64,000 nt of DNA from an uncultured delta proteobacterium (GCA_963783905.1 CAWAPG010000005.1:2820-66819); one strand, 5' to 3'; counted from the stretch's first letter, positions 36,345-54,447 are shown. Made by a program: numbers and translations. Notes: generated by a model from the sequence alone, not told the origin.

Positions 36345-38612
36345 ATGGATAAAAAATACTGTGCATATGTATGCACCGGTTGCGGCATAGGAGATGCCGT
36401 CGATACAGAGGCCCTTTGCGGGGTGGTCAGCGGTGAAATGGGGATGGAGTGCAAAACACACCAGGCCTTTTGCAGCACTGACGGCCGCGCCCTGATTGAA
36501 GGGGATATTAACGAAAACGGGGTCAACACGGTGGTTATCGGCGCCTGCTCACCCCGGGTCATGCAGGACGAGTTCAATTTCGGCGATGACAAGATTACCA
36601 TCCGGGCCAATCTGCGTGAACAGGTGGCCTGGTCCAATCCCCCGGATGCCGATAAGGAATATATCCAGGAACAGGCCTCCGACTATATGCGGATGGCTTG
36701 CACCCAGGCCAAGAAGACCGAGCTGCCGGAACCCTTTCAGCTGGAAGAGGTCAACCGTAGTATTCTTGTTATGGGCGGCGGCATTGCCGGTCTGACTGCT
36801 GCCAAAGAAGCCGCGGCTGCGGGCTATGATGTAACCGTGGTTGAAAAGATGGATGTCCTCGGCGGCAAAGCGCTGAACTGGCGGCACTCGTTTCCCACCA
36901 AGGCCCCGTGGACGGATATGGAAACCCCTGTTGTCAATGACTTGATCCAGGCGGTCCAGGATTCCGACAAGATCGCAGTGAAAACCGGCACCGAGGTGGC
37001 GCGGATTTCCGGCGCTCCCGGCAAATATAATGTTACCTTCAAACCTGTCGGCACCAAGGGTGAATGGGATGCACCAGCCCGGGTAACCGTGGATCAGCAG
37101 GATAAGATCGCCAAAGGGGATATGGAAGATCCCAATAAGGGCCTGAAAAGCATAATGGAAACAAATCCCGACGGCGAAAACTTCGGGGCTGTTGTATTGG
37201 CTACAGGCTGGGTGCCGGCCGACGTTTCCGAATATGAACATCTCGGGGCCGGAAAATTTCAGAATGTGGTGACCAATGTCGAGTTCGAAAAAATGGCTGC
37301 CAAAGGAAAAATTGTCCGTCCCTCTGACGGCAAGCCCGTGGAAACAGTTGCCTTTGTCCAGAGCCCCGGTGGTGGTGAGCATGACAGGGATTTCCCTTAC
37401 TGCAATTCGGTTACCAGCCTGGTGGCACTGAAGCAGGCCAAGTATGTCCGGGAGGATAATCCCGACGGCCGGGCCTATATTCTCTATCAGCACATGCGAA
37501 CGCCCGGCAACATGGAGCTTTTCTACAAGGCGGCCCAGAATGATGACGGCATCTTTATGACCAAAGCCAAGGTCACAAATGTAGAAGAGGCGGCCGACGG
37601 CTCTCTTAATGTTACGGCGGAAGATACCCTGATCAATGAAAATCTTGACCTGCAGGTTGACATGGTTGTCCTGGCTGCCGGTATGGTCCCGACCACCAAG
37701 GAGTCCCCGGTTGTAAACCTGGCCTACCGCCAGGGTCCCGCCTTTCTCGATCTCGATCTTTTTGACGGGTATGCGGATTCCCATTTTATCTGCTTCCCAT
37801 ACGAAACAAGGCGGACCGGCATTTATGCCTGCGGCGGGGTGCGCAAGGCGACAACCGTTGATGAAACCGTTGATGATGCCGTCGGCGCCGCCCTGAAGGC
37901 GATTCAGTGCATTGAGTCGACGGACCGCGGTGTAGCCGTGCATCCCCGCTCCGGTGATAAGTCCTTTCCGGAATTTTTTATGCAGCGCTGCACCCAGTGT
38001 AAACGCTGCACCGAGGAGTGCCCCTTCGGCGCTATTGATGATGATGCCAAGGGTACTCCGCTGCCGCATCCGACCCGGTGCCGCAGATGCGGAACCTGCA
38101 TGGGGGCCTGTCCTGAACGGATTATCGGTTTCAAGAACTACAATGTCGATATGATCGGTTCCATGGTGAAATCCATCGAGGTGCCGGATGACGATGAAGA
38201 CAAGCTGCGCTTCGTTGCCTTTGTCTGTGAAAACGATGCCTATCCGGCCGTTGATATGGCGGGCATGCGCCGCCTGGGTATAAACAACCTGGTGCGGATC
38301 ATCCCGGTGCGCTGCCTGGGATCCGTCAATATGGTCTGGATCAAGGATGCCATGTCGGCCGGTATGGACGGGGCCATTCTTCTGGGCTGCCAGTATGGGG
38401 ACGACTACCAGTGCCACATGATCAAGGGCAGCGAGATCGCCAGCAAGAGGATGGAAAATATCGGCGAAACCCTAGGAAGCCTGGGCCTTGAAGTGGAACG
38501 GGTTGCAGTAAGACAGGTTGCCATAAACGAATATCATAAAATTCCGGAAATCATAAACGGCTTTGTGGAAGAGATCATTGAACTCGGTCCCAATCCATTC
38601 AAGGGCTTTTAG
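36345..38612 (+). CDS. qmoB: Qmo subunit B (HdrA-like flavoprotein with FeS and MvhD-like C-terminal domain)
   Basis: The FAD motif is VMGGGIAGLTAAKEAA. Ferredoxin motifs are CTQCKRCTEECP and CRRCGTCMGACP. The C-terminal region is MvhD-like (FVCENDAYPAVDMAG...LGCQYGDDYQCH). Confidence 0.9.
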   Translation: MDKKYCAYVCTGCGIGDAVDTEALCGVVSGEMGMECKTHQAFCSTDGRALIEGDINENGVNTVVIGACSPRVMQDEFNFGDDKITIRANLREQVAWSNPPDADKEYIQEQASDYMRMACTQAKKTELPEPFQLEEVNRSILVMGGGIAGLTAAKEAAAAGYDVTVVEKMDVLGGKALNWRHSFPTKAPWTDMETPVVNDLIQAVQDSDKIAVKTGTEVARISGAPGKYNVTFKPVGTKGEWDAPARVTVDQQDKIAKGDMEDPNKGLKSIMETNPDGENFGAVVLATGWVPADVSEYEHLGAGKFQNVVTNVEFEKMAAKGKIVRPSDGKPVETVAFVQSPGGGEHDRDFPYCNSVTSLVALKQAKYVREDNPDGRAYILYQHMRTPGNMELFYKAAQNDDGIFMTKAKVTNVEEAADGSLNVTAEDTLINENLDLQVDMVVLAAGMVPTTKESPVVNLAYRQGPAFLDLDLFDGYADSHFICFPYETRRTGIYACGGVRKATTVDETVDDAVGAALKAIQCIESTDRGVAVHPRSGDKSFPEFFMQRCTQCKRCTEECPFGAIDDDAKGTPLPHPTRCRRCGTCMGACPERIIGFKNYNVDMIGSMVKSIEVPDDDEDKLRFVAFVCENDAYPAVDMAGMRRLGINNLVRIIPVRCLGSVNMVWIKDAMSAGMDGAILLGCQYGDDYQCHMIKGSEIASKRMENIGETLGSLGLEVERVAVRQVAINEYHKIPEIINGFVEEIIELGPNPFKGF

Positions 38613-38779
38613 GGATAAATTCCTATTTACAGTCGATTGGCGGTGTGGTATACGCTGCCAATCGACAAATCCAGAGGATGAGATGCTGCAACCGGTTGAT
38701 GCTTAAGGGATAGGAGGGGGAAATAATCTCCTTGTGGAATTTTAATTGAGGGAATCTGGAGAAAACAGGAGGCTGAAGA

Positions 38780-39970
38780 ATGACAATGAAAGTAGATCCT
38801 GATTTGAGTTTTATAAAATACCTGAAAAGTGCCGGTGGCGATACCTTGAAGAAATGCTACCAGTGTGCCACCTGTTCAGTTGTCTGTCCCTTGTCCAAGG
38901 ACGGCAGTCCTTTCCCCAGGAAGGAGATGATCTGGGCGCAGTGGGGATTGAAGGACAAGCTCATAGGAGATGTGGATACCATGCTGTGCCACAACTGCGG
39001 CGACTGCAATACCTATTGTCCGCGCGGCGCCAAACCGGGTGAGGTGCTCGGCGCCATCCGGGCCTATGCCTATACCCATTTCGGTTATCCCCAGGGGTTG
39101 GCAAAGCTCGCCAGTTCAGGAAAAAACCTGCCGATCCTCATTGGCATTCCAGCTGTTATCGTTCTGGTTCTATGGCTCATTTCAGGTGGTATGCATATAC
39201 CCGAAGGACCGGTTGATTTCGGTATGTTTTTTGGCCACTGGGATTTTTACTGGCTGACCAAAACCACCTTTTTTATTGATATTATCTTCCTGCCGGCGGC
39301 GGCTTTCGCCATTTTTGCTTCCTATAAGGGTGTTTCCGCCATGTGGAGAAAAATGACGGAAAAGATGGAAACAAGTTCCGACTTCCGGCCATCGGCCAAA
39401 CAGTTTACGATTGAGTTTCTCTGGCCGTCCATTAAAGAAACCATCCAGCACAAAAGATTTTATGAATGCGGCACCAACGTTGACCGGGCAAGAGGTCATC
39501 TGCCGCTGCTGCTGGCCTTCATCGGCCTGCTGGCTGTGACAAGTTATTCTTTTATCCGCAAGGACATAGTTGGTTTGCTCAATCCCAACCTGCACGGACC
39601 CATCCCGCTGTACGATCCGTTCAAGATCCTGGCCAACATCAGCGCCATAGCCCTGATTGTCGGTATTGCCATTCTCTGGGTCAACCGCCGGAAGATGGAA
39701 GCTGAGGGCAGGACTTCCCCCACCTTTTACGACTGGTTTCTGATCGGTGAGATCATTGCTGTCGGCATAACCGGTCTTGGGGCGGAGCTCTTTCGGTGGG
39801 CGGACCTCGGGGTCTTGGCATATCTGACCTACTATCTGCACCTGGTAGCCGTTTTTATGCTTTTCTTCTATATGCCGTATACGAAATTCGCTCATATGGT
39901 CTATAGAACATTTGCCATGGCATTTGAAAAATACCGGGAAAGCAGTTACGTCCAGAAGGAAGCTTCATAA
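38780..39970 (+). CDS. qmoC: Qmo subunit C (HdrC-like FeS domain fused to HdrE-like membrane cytochrome b domain)
   Basis: The N-terminus has CYQCATCSVVCP and CHNCGDCNTYCP, followed by about six TM helices. The RBS is AGGAGG. Confidence 0.88.
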   Translation: MTMKVDPDLSFIKYLKSAGGDTLKKCYQCATCSVVCPLSKDGSPFPRKEMIWAQWGLKDKLIGDVDTMLCHNCGDCNTYCPRGAKPGEVLGAIRAYAYTHFGYPQGLAKLASSGKNLPILIGIPAVIVLVLWLISGGMHIPEGPVDFGMFFGHWDFYWLTKTTFFIDIIFLPAAAFAIFASYKGVSAMWRKMTEKMETSSDFRPSAKQFTIEFLWPSIKETIQHKRFYECGTNVDRARGHLPLLLAFIGLLAVTSYSFIRKDIVGLLNPNLHGPIPLYDPFKILANISAIALIVGIAILWVNRRKMEAEGRTSPTFYDWFLIGEIIAVGITGLGAELFRWADLGVLAYLTYYLHLVAVFMLFFYMPYTKFAHMVYRTFAMAFEKYRESSYVQKEAS

Positions 39971-40092
39971 CATAAGCCATACCCCGTGGCAGGATAAAAA
40001 TCCGTAACAGTTTTTCCGGGAAAGGGACTTTTTCCCCTGGAAAAAAAAGGTTGATTTTTGCCAACGAACGGATTATCTTGTCACGCTTTTCT

Positions 40093-40168
40093 GCTGGCGT
40101 AGCTCAATTGGCAGAGCAGCTGATTTGTAATCAGCAGGTTGCGGGTTCAAGTCCCATCGCCAGCTCCA
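40093..40168 (+). tRNA. tRNA-Thr (anticodon UGU), CCA encoded
   Basis: GCTGGCGTAGCTCAATTGGCAGAGCAGCTGATTTGTAATCAGCAGGTTGCGGGTTCAAGTCCCATCGCCAGCTCCA, with anticodon loop TTTGTAA. Confidence 0.93.
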
Positions 40169-40238
40169 GACGAGTAGTCGCAAGTGTCGACCCGGGAAGC
40201 TGTTCATGAGAGTGGGGCGGTATCTGCGAAGGTGAAAT

Positions 40239-40323
40239 GGAGGGGTTCCCGAGCGGTCAAAGGGAACAGACTGTAAATCTGTCGGCGACGCCTTCGGAGG
40301 TTCGAATCCTCCCCCCTCCACCA
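40239..40323 (+). tRNA. tRNA-Tyr (anticodon GUA), CCA encoded
   Basis: Acceptor GGAGGGG pairs with CCCCTCC. The anticodon loop is CTGTAAA, a long variable arm is present, and the T-arm is GGAGGTTCGAATCCTCC. Confidence 0.93.
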
Positions 40324-40463
40324 TAGATCATGTGCGGGACCGGTTGGTTCAGCGCGTTATTTTATTCTGGTTCTGGCGACTCAGTTTATGGATATATTAA
40401 GGATATATATGGTATGGCGGAAACGGTCATTAAAATCCATCAATTCCTAACCGACTGATTGAA

Positions 40464-40539
40464 GCGGGAATAGCTCAATTGGTAGAGCATCAGCCTTCCA
40501 AGCTGAGGGTTGCGGGTTCGAGACCCGTTTCCCGCTCCA
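40464..40539 (+). tRNA. tRNA-Gly (anticodon UCC), CCA encoded
   Basis: Acceptor GCGGGAA pairs with TTCCCGC. The anticodon loop is CTTCCAA, and the T-arm is GCGGGTTCGAGACCCGT. Confidence 0.93.
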
Positions 40540-40617
40540 ATTAATTCTCTGGAATGCATCTGTCCGCCGCACTAAAGAGAATTCAGGCTTATGCCGAGAG
40601 GGGAGGAGGGCTTTTAA

Positions 40618-40693
<76 letters not shown>

Positions 40694-40775
40694 GTACAAG
40701 ACATATTTTCAAGATATTGGAGCCGTTGGATCACTAATACTAAGAAGGATTTATCATTGCACAGGAGAGAATGGC

Positions 40776-41966
40776 ATGGCAAAGGAGAAATTTCAGCGAA
40801 CGAAACCGCATGTAAACGTAGGCACGATTGGTCACATAGATCATGGCAAGACGACGTTGACGGCAGCGATCACGCGTGTATTGGCGACCAAGGGCCAGGC
40901 GCACTTCACCGCCTTTGACGAGATCGACAAGGCTCCTGAGGAGAAGGAGCGCGGCATCACGATTGCCACGGCGCACGTGGAATATGAGACAGCCAAGCGT
41001 CACTATGCGCATGTGGACTGTCCGGGCCATGCCGACTACATCAAGAACATGATCACCGGTGCGGCGCAGATGGACGGAGCGATCCTGGTGGTGGGAGCGG
41101 ACGACGGCCCGATGCCGCAGACGCGGGAGCATATATTGTTGGCCCGCCAGGTAGGTGTGCCCGCCATCGTGGTGTTTTTGAACAAGTGCGACATGGTGGA
41201 CGATCCGGAGCTGATCGAGCTGGTGGACATGGAACTGCGGGAGCTTTTGGACAAGTATGAGTTTCCGGGCGACGACACGCCGATCATCCAGGGCAGCGCC
41301 TTGAAGGCGTTGGAGAATCCGGAGGACGAGGCGGCGACGAAGTGCATCTGGGAGCTTATGGATGCGGTAGATGATTTTATTCCCGAGCCGCAGCGCGATG
41401 TAGACAAGCCGTTTCTGATGCCGGTTGAGGATGTATTCTCGATTTCCGGCCGCGGCACGGTTGCCACGGGCCGGGTAGAGCGCGGCAAGGTCAAGGTGGG
41501 CGAGGAAGTAGAGATAGTAGGAATCAAGGCGACGCAGAAGACAACGGTGACGGGAGTTGAGATGTTCCGCAAGCTTCTGGACCAGGGCCAGGCGGGCGAC
41601 AACATCGGCGCTCTTCTGCGGGGTATAAAGCGTGAGGATATCGAGCGAGGCCAGGTACTGGCGGCGCCTGGTTCGATCACGCCGCATACGAAGTTCAAGG
41701 CGGAGTGCTATATCCTGACGAAAGAGGAGGGCGGCCGTCATACGCCGTTCTTTAACGGCTACCGCCCGCAGTTTTACTTCCGGACCACGGATGTGACCGG
41801 GGTGGTAACGCTGCCTGGCGGGGTGGAGATGGTAATGCCCGGTGACAACGTCACGATCGAAGGCACCCTGATCACGCCGATTGCCATGGAGAAAGAGCTG
41901 CGCTTTGCCATCCGTGAAGGCGGGCGTACGGTCGGCGCCGGCGTTATCAGCGAAATTATCGAATAG
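40776..41966 (+). CDS. tuf: Elongation factor Tu (copy 1)
   Basis: [28 protein letters not shown]..., 396 aa. It follows the Thr-Tyr-Gly-Thr tRNA cluster, the same arrangement as E. coli thrU-tyrU-glyT-thrT-tufB. Confidence 0.97.
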   Translation: MAKEKFQRTKPHVNVGTIGHIDHGKTTLTAAITRVLATKGQAHFTAFDEIDKAPEEKERGITIATAHVEYETAKRHYAHVDCPGHADYIKNMITGAAQMDGAILVVGADDGPMPQTREHILLARQVGVPAIVVFLNKCDMVDDPELIELVDMELRELLDKYEFPGDDTPIIQGSALKALENPEDEAATKCIWELMDAVDDFIPEPQRDVDKPFLMPVEDVFSISGRGTVATGRVERGKVKVGEEVEIVGIKATQKTTVTGVEMFRKLLDQGQAGDNIGALLRGIKREDIERGQVLAAPGSITPHTKFKAECYILTKEEGGRHTPFFNGYRPQFYFRTTDVTGVVTLPGGVEMVMPGDNVTIEGTLITPIAMEKELRFAIREGGRTVGAGVISEIIE

Positions 41967-41972
41967 GACACC
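40776..41972 (+). repeat. Dispersed direct repeat, copy 1 (tuf duplication; partner at 57931-59127)
   Basis: The sense and antisense ORF translations of the two copies are identical except at three hand-located third-codon-position differences (40973, 40985, 41030 versus 58128, 58140, 58185). Confidence 0.9.
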
Positions 41973-42034
41973 GTATACGCGAGTCCGGTGCCCTTTAACA
42001 TACGGAATGGAACAGATTTTTATCAGGTGCAGTT

Positions 42035-42184
42035 ATGAGAAATATAGTTACTTTAGGGTGTACCGAGTGCAAACAGCGGAATTACACCACGACAAAAAAT
42101 AAGAAGAACACGCCGCATAAACTGGAATTCAAAAAGTATTGCCGGTTCTGTCGGACCCACACCCTACATAAGGAAACAAAATAA
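42035..42184 (+). CDS. rpmG: 50S ribosomal protein L33
   Basis: Not in the ORF track because it is only 49 aa: [49 protein letters not shown]. It has Cys4 zinc-ribbon type L33 features and the conserved position between tuf and secE. Confidence 0.9.
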   Translation: MRNIVTLGCTECKQRNYTTTKNKKNTPHKLEFKKYCRFCRTHTLHKETK

Positions 42185-42191
42185 CCGGGGT

Positions 42192-42268
42192 AGGCCAGTA
42201 GCTCTAATTGGTAGAGCACCGGACTCCAAATCCGGGGGTTGGGGGTTCGAGTCCCTCCTGGCCTGCCA
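42192..42268 (+). tRNA. tRNA-Trp (anticodon CCA), CCA encoded
   Basis: Acceptor AGGCCAG pairs with CTGGCCT. The anticodon loop is CTCCAAA, and the T-arm is GGGGGTTCGAGTCCCTC. Confidence 0.92.
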
Positions 42269-42357
42269 TTGAGCAGTATTTGTGAATGAACTGGCCGGGA
42301 GAGGCTAAAAAAAACAGTAACTTCCATGCAACGCAGCTGGAAGAATGGAATTAAAAA

Positions 42358-42618
42358 ATGGCAGCGAAAAAAGGCGAACGTTCCTCCAAGAATAAACCGG
42401 GTGCAGTTGATCAACCGGCTGCGCAGAAATTTTCTCCCACCCGGATTAAAGAATTTTTCGGCGAGGTTAAGTCTGAATTCAAGAAAATTGCCTGGCCTGA
42501 CAAGAAAGTGACCATCGGTTCTACCGGAGTCGTTATTGTCCTGGTTTTCCTGGTCTCCATCTATCTGGGAGCGGTCGATCTTTTTATCGGGAAGCTGGTT
42601 TCGTACATACTTAAATAA
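42358..42618 (+). CDS. secE: Preprotein translocase subunit SecE
   Basis: FFGEVKSEFKKIAWPDKKVTIGSTGVVIVLVFLVSIYLGAVD includes a single C-terminal TM helix. The position before nusG is conserved. Confidence 0.9.
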   Translation: MAAKKGERSSKNKPGAVDQPAAQKFSPTRIKEFFGEVKSEFKKIAWPDKKVTIGSTGVVIVLVFLVSIYLGAVDLFIGKLVSYILK

Positions 42619-42682
42619 ATATATTTCGGCATCGTTGCGGATGGACGGAACAGCCGGCATAAAATAGGGGTTTTTGGGGGTT

Positions 42683-43213
42683 ATGGCAAGGCACTGGTAC
42701 ATTGTACATACATATTCCGGGTTTGAAGAGAAGGTGAAAACCACCCTTCAGGAACGGATAAAAATCGCCGGGCAGGATGACCTTTTCGGGGAGATCCTGG
42801 TTCCGAAAGAACAGGTTCTTGAAATGGTCAAGGGGGCCAAGAAAACTTCGGAAAGAAAGTTTTTTCCCGGCTATATCCTGGTCAACATGGAACTCAATGA
42901 TAATACCTGGCACACGGTGCGCTCCACCCCCAAGGTCACCGGTTTTGTAGGCAATGACCGCAATCCGCCGTCTCTTTCCGATGAGGATGCCATGAAAATC
43001 ATCGGCAGGATTAAAGACGGGGCCCTGAAACCGAAGCCGAAAGTAACCTATGAAGTGGGTGACGCCGTCCGGGTCACTGACGGACCATTTGCCAACTTTC
43101 AGGGAGTTGTCGATGAGGTATATCCTGACAAGGGCAGGGTTCGGGTTATGGTCTCTATTTTTGGCCGTTCAACCCCGGTGGAACTGGAATTTGTCCAGGT
43201 AGCCAGTGACTGA
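42683..43213 (+). CDS. nusG: Transcription termination/antitermination factor NusG
   Basis: The N-terminus is MARHWYIVHTYSGFEEKV, and the KOW motif is VGDAVRVTDGPFANFQGVVDEV. ATG 42683 was chosen inside ORF 42674..43213. Confidence 0.93.
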   Translation: MARHWYIVHTYSGFEEKVKTTLQERIKIAGQDDLFGEILVPKEQVLEMVKGAKKTSERKFFPGYILVNMELNDNTWHTVRSTPKVTGFVGNDRNPPSLSDEDAMKIIGRIKDGALKPKPKVTYEVGDAVRVTDGPFANFQGVVDEVYPDKGRVRVMVSIFGRSTPVELEFVQVASD

Positions 43214-43314
43214 AATGGGGCGGCTGGATATATTTGCATTATAAAAAAAATAAAGGAAGACAGGAAGGTTATTCTCTGTTTTCCCTATATCGGGTTTTGA
43301 TTTAGGAGGCAATA

Positions 43315-43739
43315 ATGGCGAAGAAGATTCAATCATATATAAAACTACAGATTCCCGCCGGGGCAGCTAATCCTTCCCCCCGGTCGGCCCTGCTCTCGGG
43401 CAGCATGGGGTCAATATCATGGAATTCTGCAAGGCATTCAATGCCAAGACCCAGGGGCAGGGGGATACCATTATTCCCGTCATAATCACCGTGTATGCCG
43501 ACCGGTCTTTCAGCTTCATCACCAAGACACCGCCGGCTTCAGTGCTCCTGATGAAGGCGGCCAAGCTCAAAAAGGGATCGAGCAATCCGAAATTGGAGAG
43601 AATCGGCAAGATTTCCCGAGCCAAGATCAAGGAGATCGCCGAGTTGAAAATGCCGGACCTGAACGCCTTTGATGTTGAGGGCGCCATGAAAATAATTGAA
43701 GGAACTGCCAGGAGTATGGGATTGACCGTGGTTGAATAA
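43315..43739 (+). CDS. rplK: 50S ribosomal protein L11 (apparent 1-nt deletion in a C-run)
   Basis: ATG 43315 gives [22 protein letters not shown]. The frame is then lost in the C6 run at 43376-43381. With C7 it would read [22 protein letters not shown] and join ORF 43419..43739. Total length is 425 nt, one short of 142 codons. Confidence 0.93.
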
Positions 43740-43828
43740 GTTTGTTTTTTGCACCGATAACACAAAGAAACTCCCTGTTCATTACGCAAAGCAGCAGAGA
43801 TATTTTTATAGAGATGGAGATTGAAGTC

Positions 43829-44539
43829 ATGTCAAAGAAAGGCAAAAATTACAGAAAAGCAGCAGAGGCTATCGATAACAACAAGATGTACGGTCTCGAG
43901 GAAGGGGTTGAGCTGGCCCTGAAGGGCAGCTATGCCAAGTTTGACGAGTCTGTTGACATAGCCATTCGGCTCGGGGTTGATCCGCGTCATGCAGACCAGA
44001 TGGTACGCAGCAGCGTGGTACTGCCGAACGGCACAGGCAAGGAGATCCGGGTCCTGGTATTTGCCAAGGGCGACAAGGAAAAAGAGGCCCTTGATGCGGG
44101 CGCGAACTATGCCGGCGGCGACGAGTATGTTGAAAAGATCAAGTCCGGCTGGCTTGAATTTGACCGTACGATCGCAACCCCGGATATGATGGCCACCGTG
44201 GGCAAGATAGGCAGGATTCTCGGACCGCGGAATTTGATGCCGAATGCCAAGCTGGGCACCGTAACCTTTGATGTGGGAAGGGTGGTGAACGAAATCAAGT
44301 CCGGCAAGGTTGATTTCAAGGTTGACAAGGCCGGTGTTGTCCATGCCATGCTTGGCAAAGCCTCCTTCGGCACCCAGAAAATGAAGGAAAATGTCTTTGC
44401 CTTTGTTGACAAGATCATTCAGCTGAAACCGTCGACCAGCAAAGGTATTTATTTGAAAAGCATCAGTCTTTCCACCACTATGGGGCCGGGGGTGAAGATT
44501 GATCCACTTGAGATCCGGAACCTGGTGAAACAGGCATAA
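43829..44539 (+). CDS. rplA: 50S ribosomal protein L1
   Basis: [16 protein letters not shown]...[11 protein letters not shown]...LPNGTGK. ATG 43829 was chosen inside ORF 43742..44539. Confidence 0.95.
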   Translation: MSKKGKNYRKAAEAIDNNKMYGLEEGVELALKGSYAKFDESVDIAIRLGVDPRHADQMVRSSVVLPNGTGKEIRVLVFAKGDKEKEALDAGANYAGGDEYVEKIKSGWLEFDRTIATPDMMATVGKIGRILGPRNLMPNAKLGTVTFDVGRVVNEIKSGKVDFKVDKAGVVHAMLGKASFGTQKMKENVFAFVDKIIQLKPSTSKGIYLKSISLSTTMGPGVKIDPLEIRNLVKQA

Positions 44540-44852
44540 GGAAAACAGAGCGGCAATCAATTGGGTCCGGATGCCGGTCCCATATAATATAGAGAGAAAT
44601 CCGGTTGGTTGATACATCCGGTTTCACGGTCGGAGACAGCAGGTACATTTTTGTTTAATCCCGTTTACCACGGGACCTGCCGAGACGGAATTTGTGAAAT
44701 GTTTTAGCGGAGAGACAAAGGGCACGGAACCCTCTCGGTCTCCGGCATGAGCTGCAAGAAACAGATAACAAACGCTCGGCGACGTAAAGCCTGTACCTGC
44801 TGAAAACCCTTATCGGTCCTGAATTGTTCCGGGCCATAACAGGAGGAAAAAA
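44540..44852 (+). promoter_or_regulatory. rplJ (L10) leader region, candidate autoregulatory RNA structure
   Basis: A 313-nt untranslated spacer precedes rplJ. It contains a perfect 10-bp long-range helix (44637-44646 with 44793-44802) and a 9-bp helix (44629-44637 with 44748-44756). L10 leaders are known in this position in other bacteria. Confidence 0.45.
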
Positions 44853-45380
44853 GTGAATCGCGAGGAAAAGGTTGCGGAAGTTACGGAACTAAGCGGCAAA
44901 TTTGCAAAAGCAAAAATTGCCATAGTTGCCGACTACAAGGGCCTTACAGTACCGGTTCTGCAGGAATTGCGGCATAGCTTGCGCAGAAATGATGCCGAGT
45001 TCAGGGTAGCCAAAAATACTCTGCTCATAAGAGCTGTTGAGGGCACAGAGTATAAGGATTTGCAGGAACATTTCGTGGGAACTACGGCCTTGACGGTTTC
45101 CTACGGTGATCCCGTATCGCCCGCAAAGATTCTTACGGATTTCAGCAAGGATCACCCTGAACTGAAGATTCGGTCAGCAGCGCTCGGCGGCAAATTGCTG
45201 TCAACGGATGACATTACTGCATTATCTAAGCTGCCTAGCAAGGAAGTCCTGCTGGGCCAGATGCTTTCGGTCATGAATGCTGTACCAACCGGTCTTGTAC
45301 AGGTGCTAAGCGGAGTTCCTAGAACTTTCCTTTATGCACTGCAGGCAATTAAAGAACAGAAAGAACAGGCTGCCCATTAA
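44853..45380 (+). CDS. rplJ: 50S ribosomal protein L10
   Basis: GTG start follows the RBS AGGAGG. The sequence [33 protein letters not shown] is typical of L10. Confidence 0.95.
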   Translation: MNREEKVAEVTELSGKFAKAKIAIVADYKGLTVPVLQELRHSLRRNDAEFRVAKNTLLIRAVEGTEYKDLQEHFVGTTALTVSYGDPVSPAKILTDFSKDHPELKIRSAALGGKLLSTDDITALSKLPSKEVLLGQMLSVMNAVPTGLVQVLSGVPRTFLYALQAIKEQKEQAAH

Positions 45381-45420
45381 AGTTTTATACAATAAACAAA
45401 GTCGCCAGGAGGATGAGAAA

Positions 45421-45807
45421 ATGGCTGTAACAAAAGATGATGTTGTAGAATTTATTTCCAATATGAGCGTTCTTGAACTCTCTGAATTTATCAAGGAGCT
45501 GGAAGAGAAATTCGGTGTTTCCGCCGCCGCGCCGGTGGCGGCTGCTGCCGCAGGCGCAGCACCGGCCGACGCCGGCGCCGCTGAGGCAGAGGAGAAAACT
45601 GAATTTGACGTGATTCTTACCGGAGCAGGTGACCAGAAGATCAAGGTGATCAAAGAGATCCGCGCCATTACCTCCCTTGGTCTGAAGGAAGCAAAAGAGC
45701 TGGTTGAATCTGCACCGCAGCCCGTTAAAGAAGGAATAACCAAGGAAGAAGCCGAGCAGATCAAGGAAAAAATCGAGGCTGTCGGCGGATCAGTTGAGCT
45801 TAAATAA
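45421..45807 (+). CDS. rplL: 50S ribosomal protein L7/L12
   Basis: [33 protein letters not shown] is followed by an Ala-rich hinge and then [27 protein letters not shown] 45421 follows the RBS AGGAGG. Confidence 0.95.
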   Translation: MAVTKDDVVEFISNMSVLELSEFIKELEEKFGVSAAAPVAAAAAGAAPADAGAAEAEEKTEFDVILTGAGDQKIKVIKEIRAITSLGLKEAKELVESAPQPVKEGITKEEAEQIKEKIEAVGGSVELK

Positions 45808-45907
45808 ATCGGGTTATAAAAAGTTACGATACAGAAACTTCAATCTCTGCCCTGATATTGCAGGGCAGAAGCCGGTCAGCACGGAACGGCCGGTTTTGAC
45901 AGAATAG

Positions 45908-45937
45908 GACGCTACGGAGATTTTTCTCCGTAGCGTC
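45908..45937 (+). promoter_or_regulatory. Perfect 13-bp hairpin in the rplL-rpoB spacer (attenuator candidate; no U-run)
   Basis: gacgctacggaga (45908-45920) pairs with tctccgtagcgtc (45925-45937) around the loop tttt. A second 9-bp hairpin pairs 45846-45854 with 45861-45869. Confidence 0.35.
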
Positions 45938-46232
45938 GTCGCATTCTCAAGGAACAGAAAAAAATCGGGTGGCGGCCACCCCTTCAAAAGTGTCGTATTT
46001 ATTTAATATCATTAAATAATTTTTAAAGGATCTGCGAAATTTTTTGACCAGATTCTTTGTGGAAGCCAGAGCCTGTGATTCAACAAGGGCTGAACAGGAA
46101 CAGCGAGCGTATTTCCCGCAGCTTTGCTGCCGGAGCGAGCGTATCTGATAAATAGTATATCCTTACCTGGGTTATTCTCCGCAACAGGCGCGGAGGATTC
46201 AAACCGGTTACTTAAGACGAGGGCATTGCTCG

Positions 46233-50333
<4,101 letters not shown>

Positions 50334-50368
50334 GTAAATAAACGGCTATTTGCCCGTTACTTCAATAA

Positions 50369-54447
<4,079 letters not shown>

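Noticed and set aside
36549-38417. Long antisense ORFs. Examples: 622 aa opposite qmoB; 493 aa at 26413..27894 opposite ribE/ribBA; 430 aa at 30065..31357 opposite ftsK; 333/328 aa at 40740..41741 and 57910..58896 opposite tuf; 302 aa at 48606..49514 opposite rpoB; 289 aa at 33523..34392 opposite aprA.
   Set aside because: Each lies entirely opposite a gene with unmistakable conserved motifs. Their translations are low-complexity (Arg/Gly/His/Pro-rich), as expected for the reverse strand of GC-biased codons, and none has an RBS or any motif.
40008-40050. Hairpin after qmoC (tttttcc-gggaaa...tttccc-ctgg-aaaaa) as a rho-independent terminator
   Set aside because: The stem is AT-rich and interrupted. 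On the plus strand it is followed by an A-run rather than a U-run, so the evidence is insufficient to call it.
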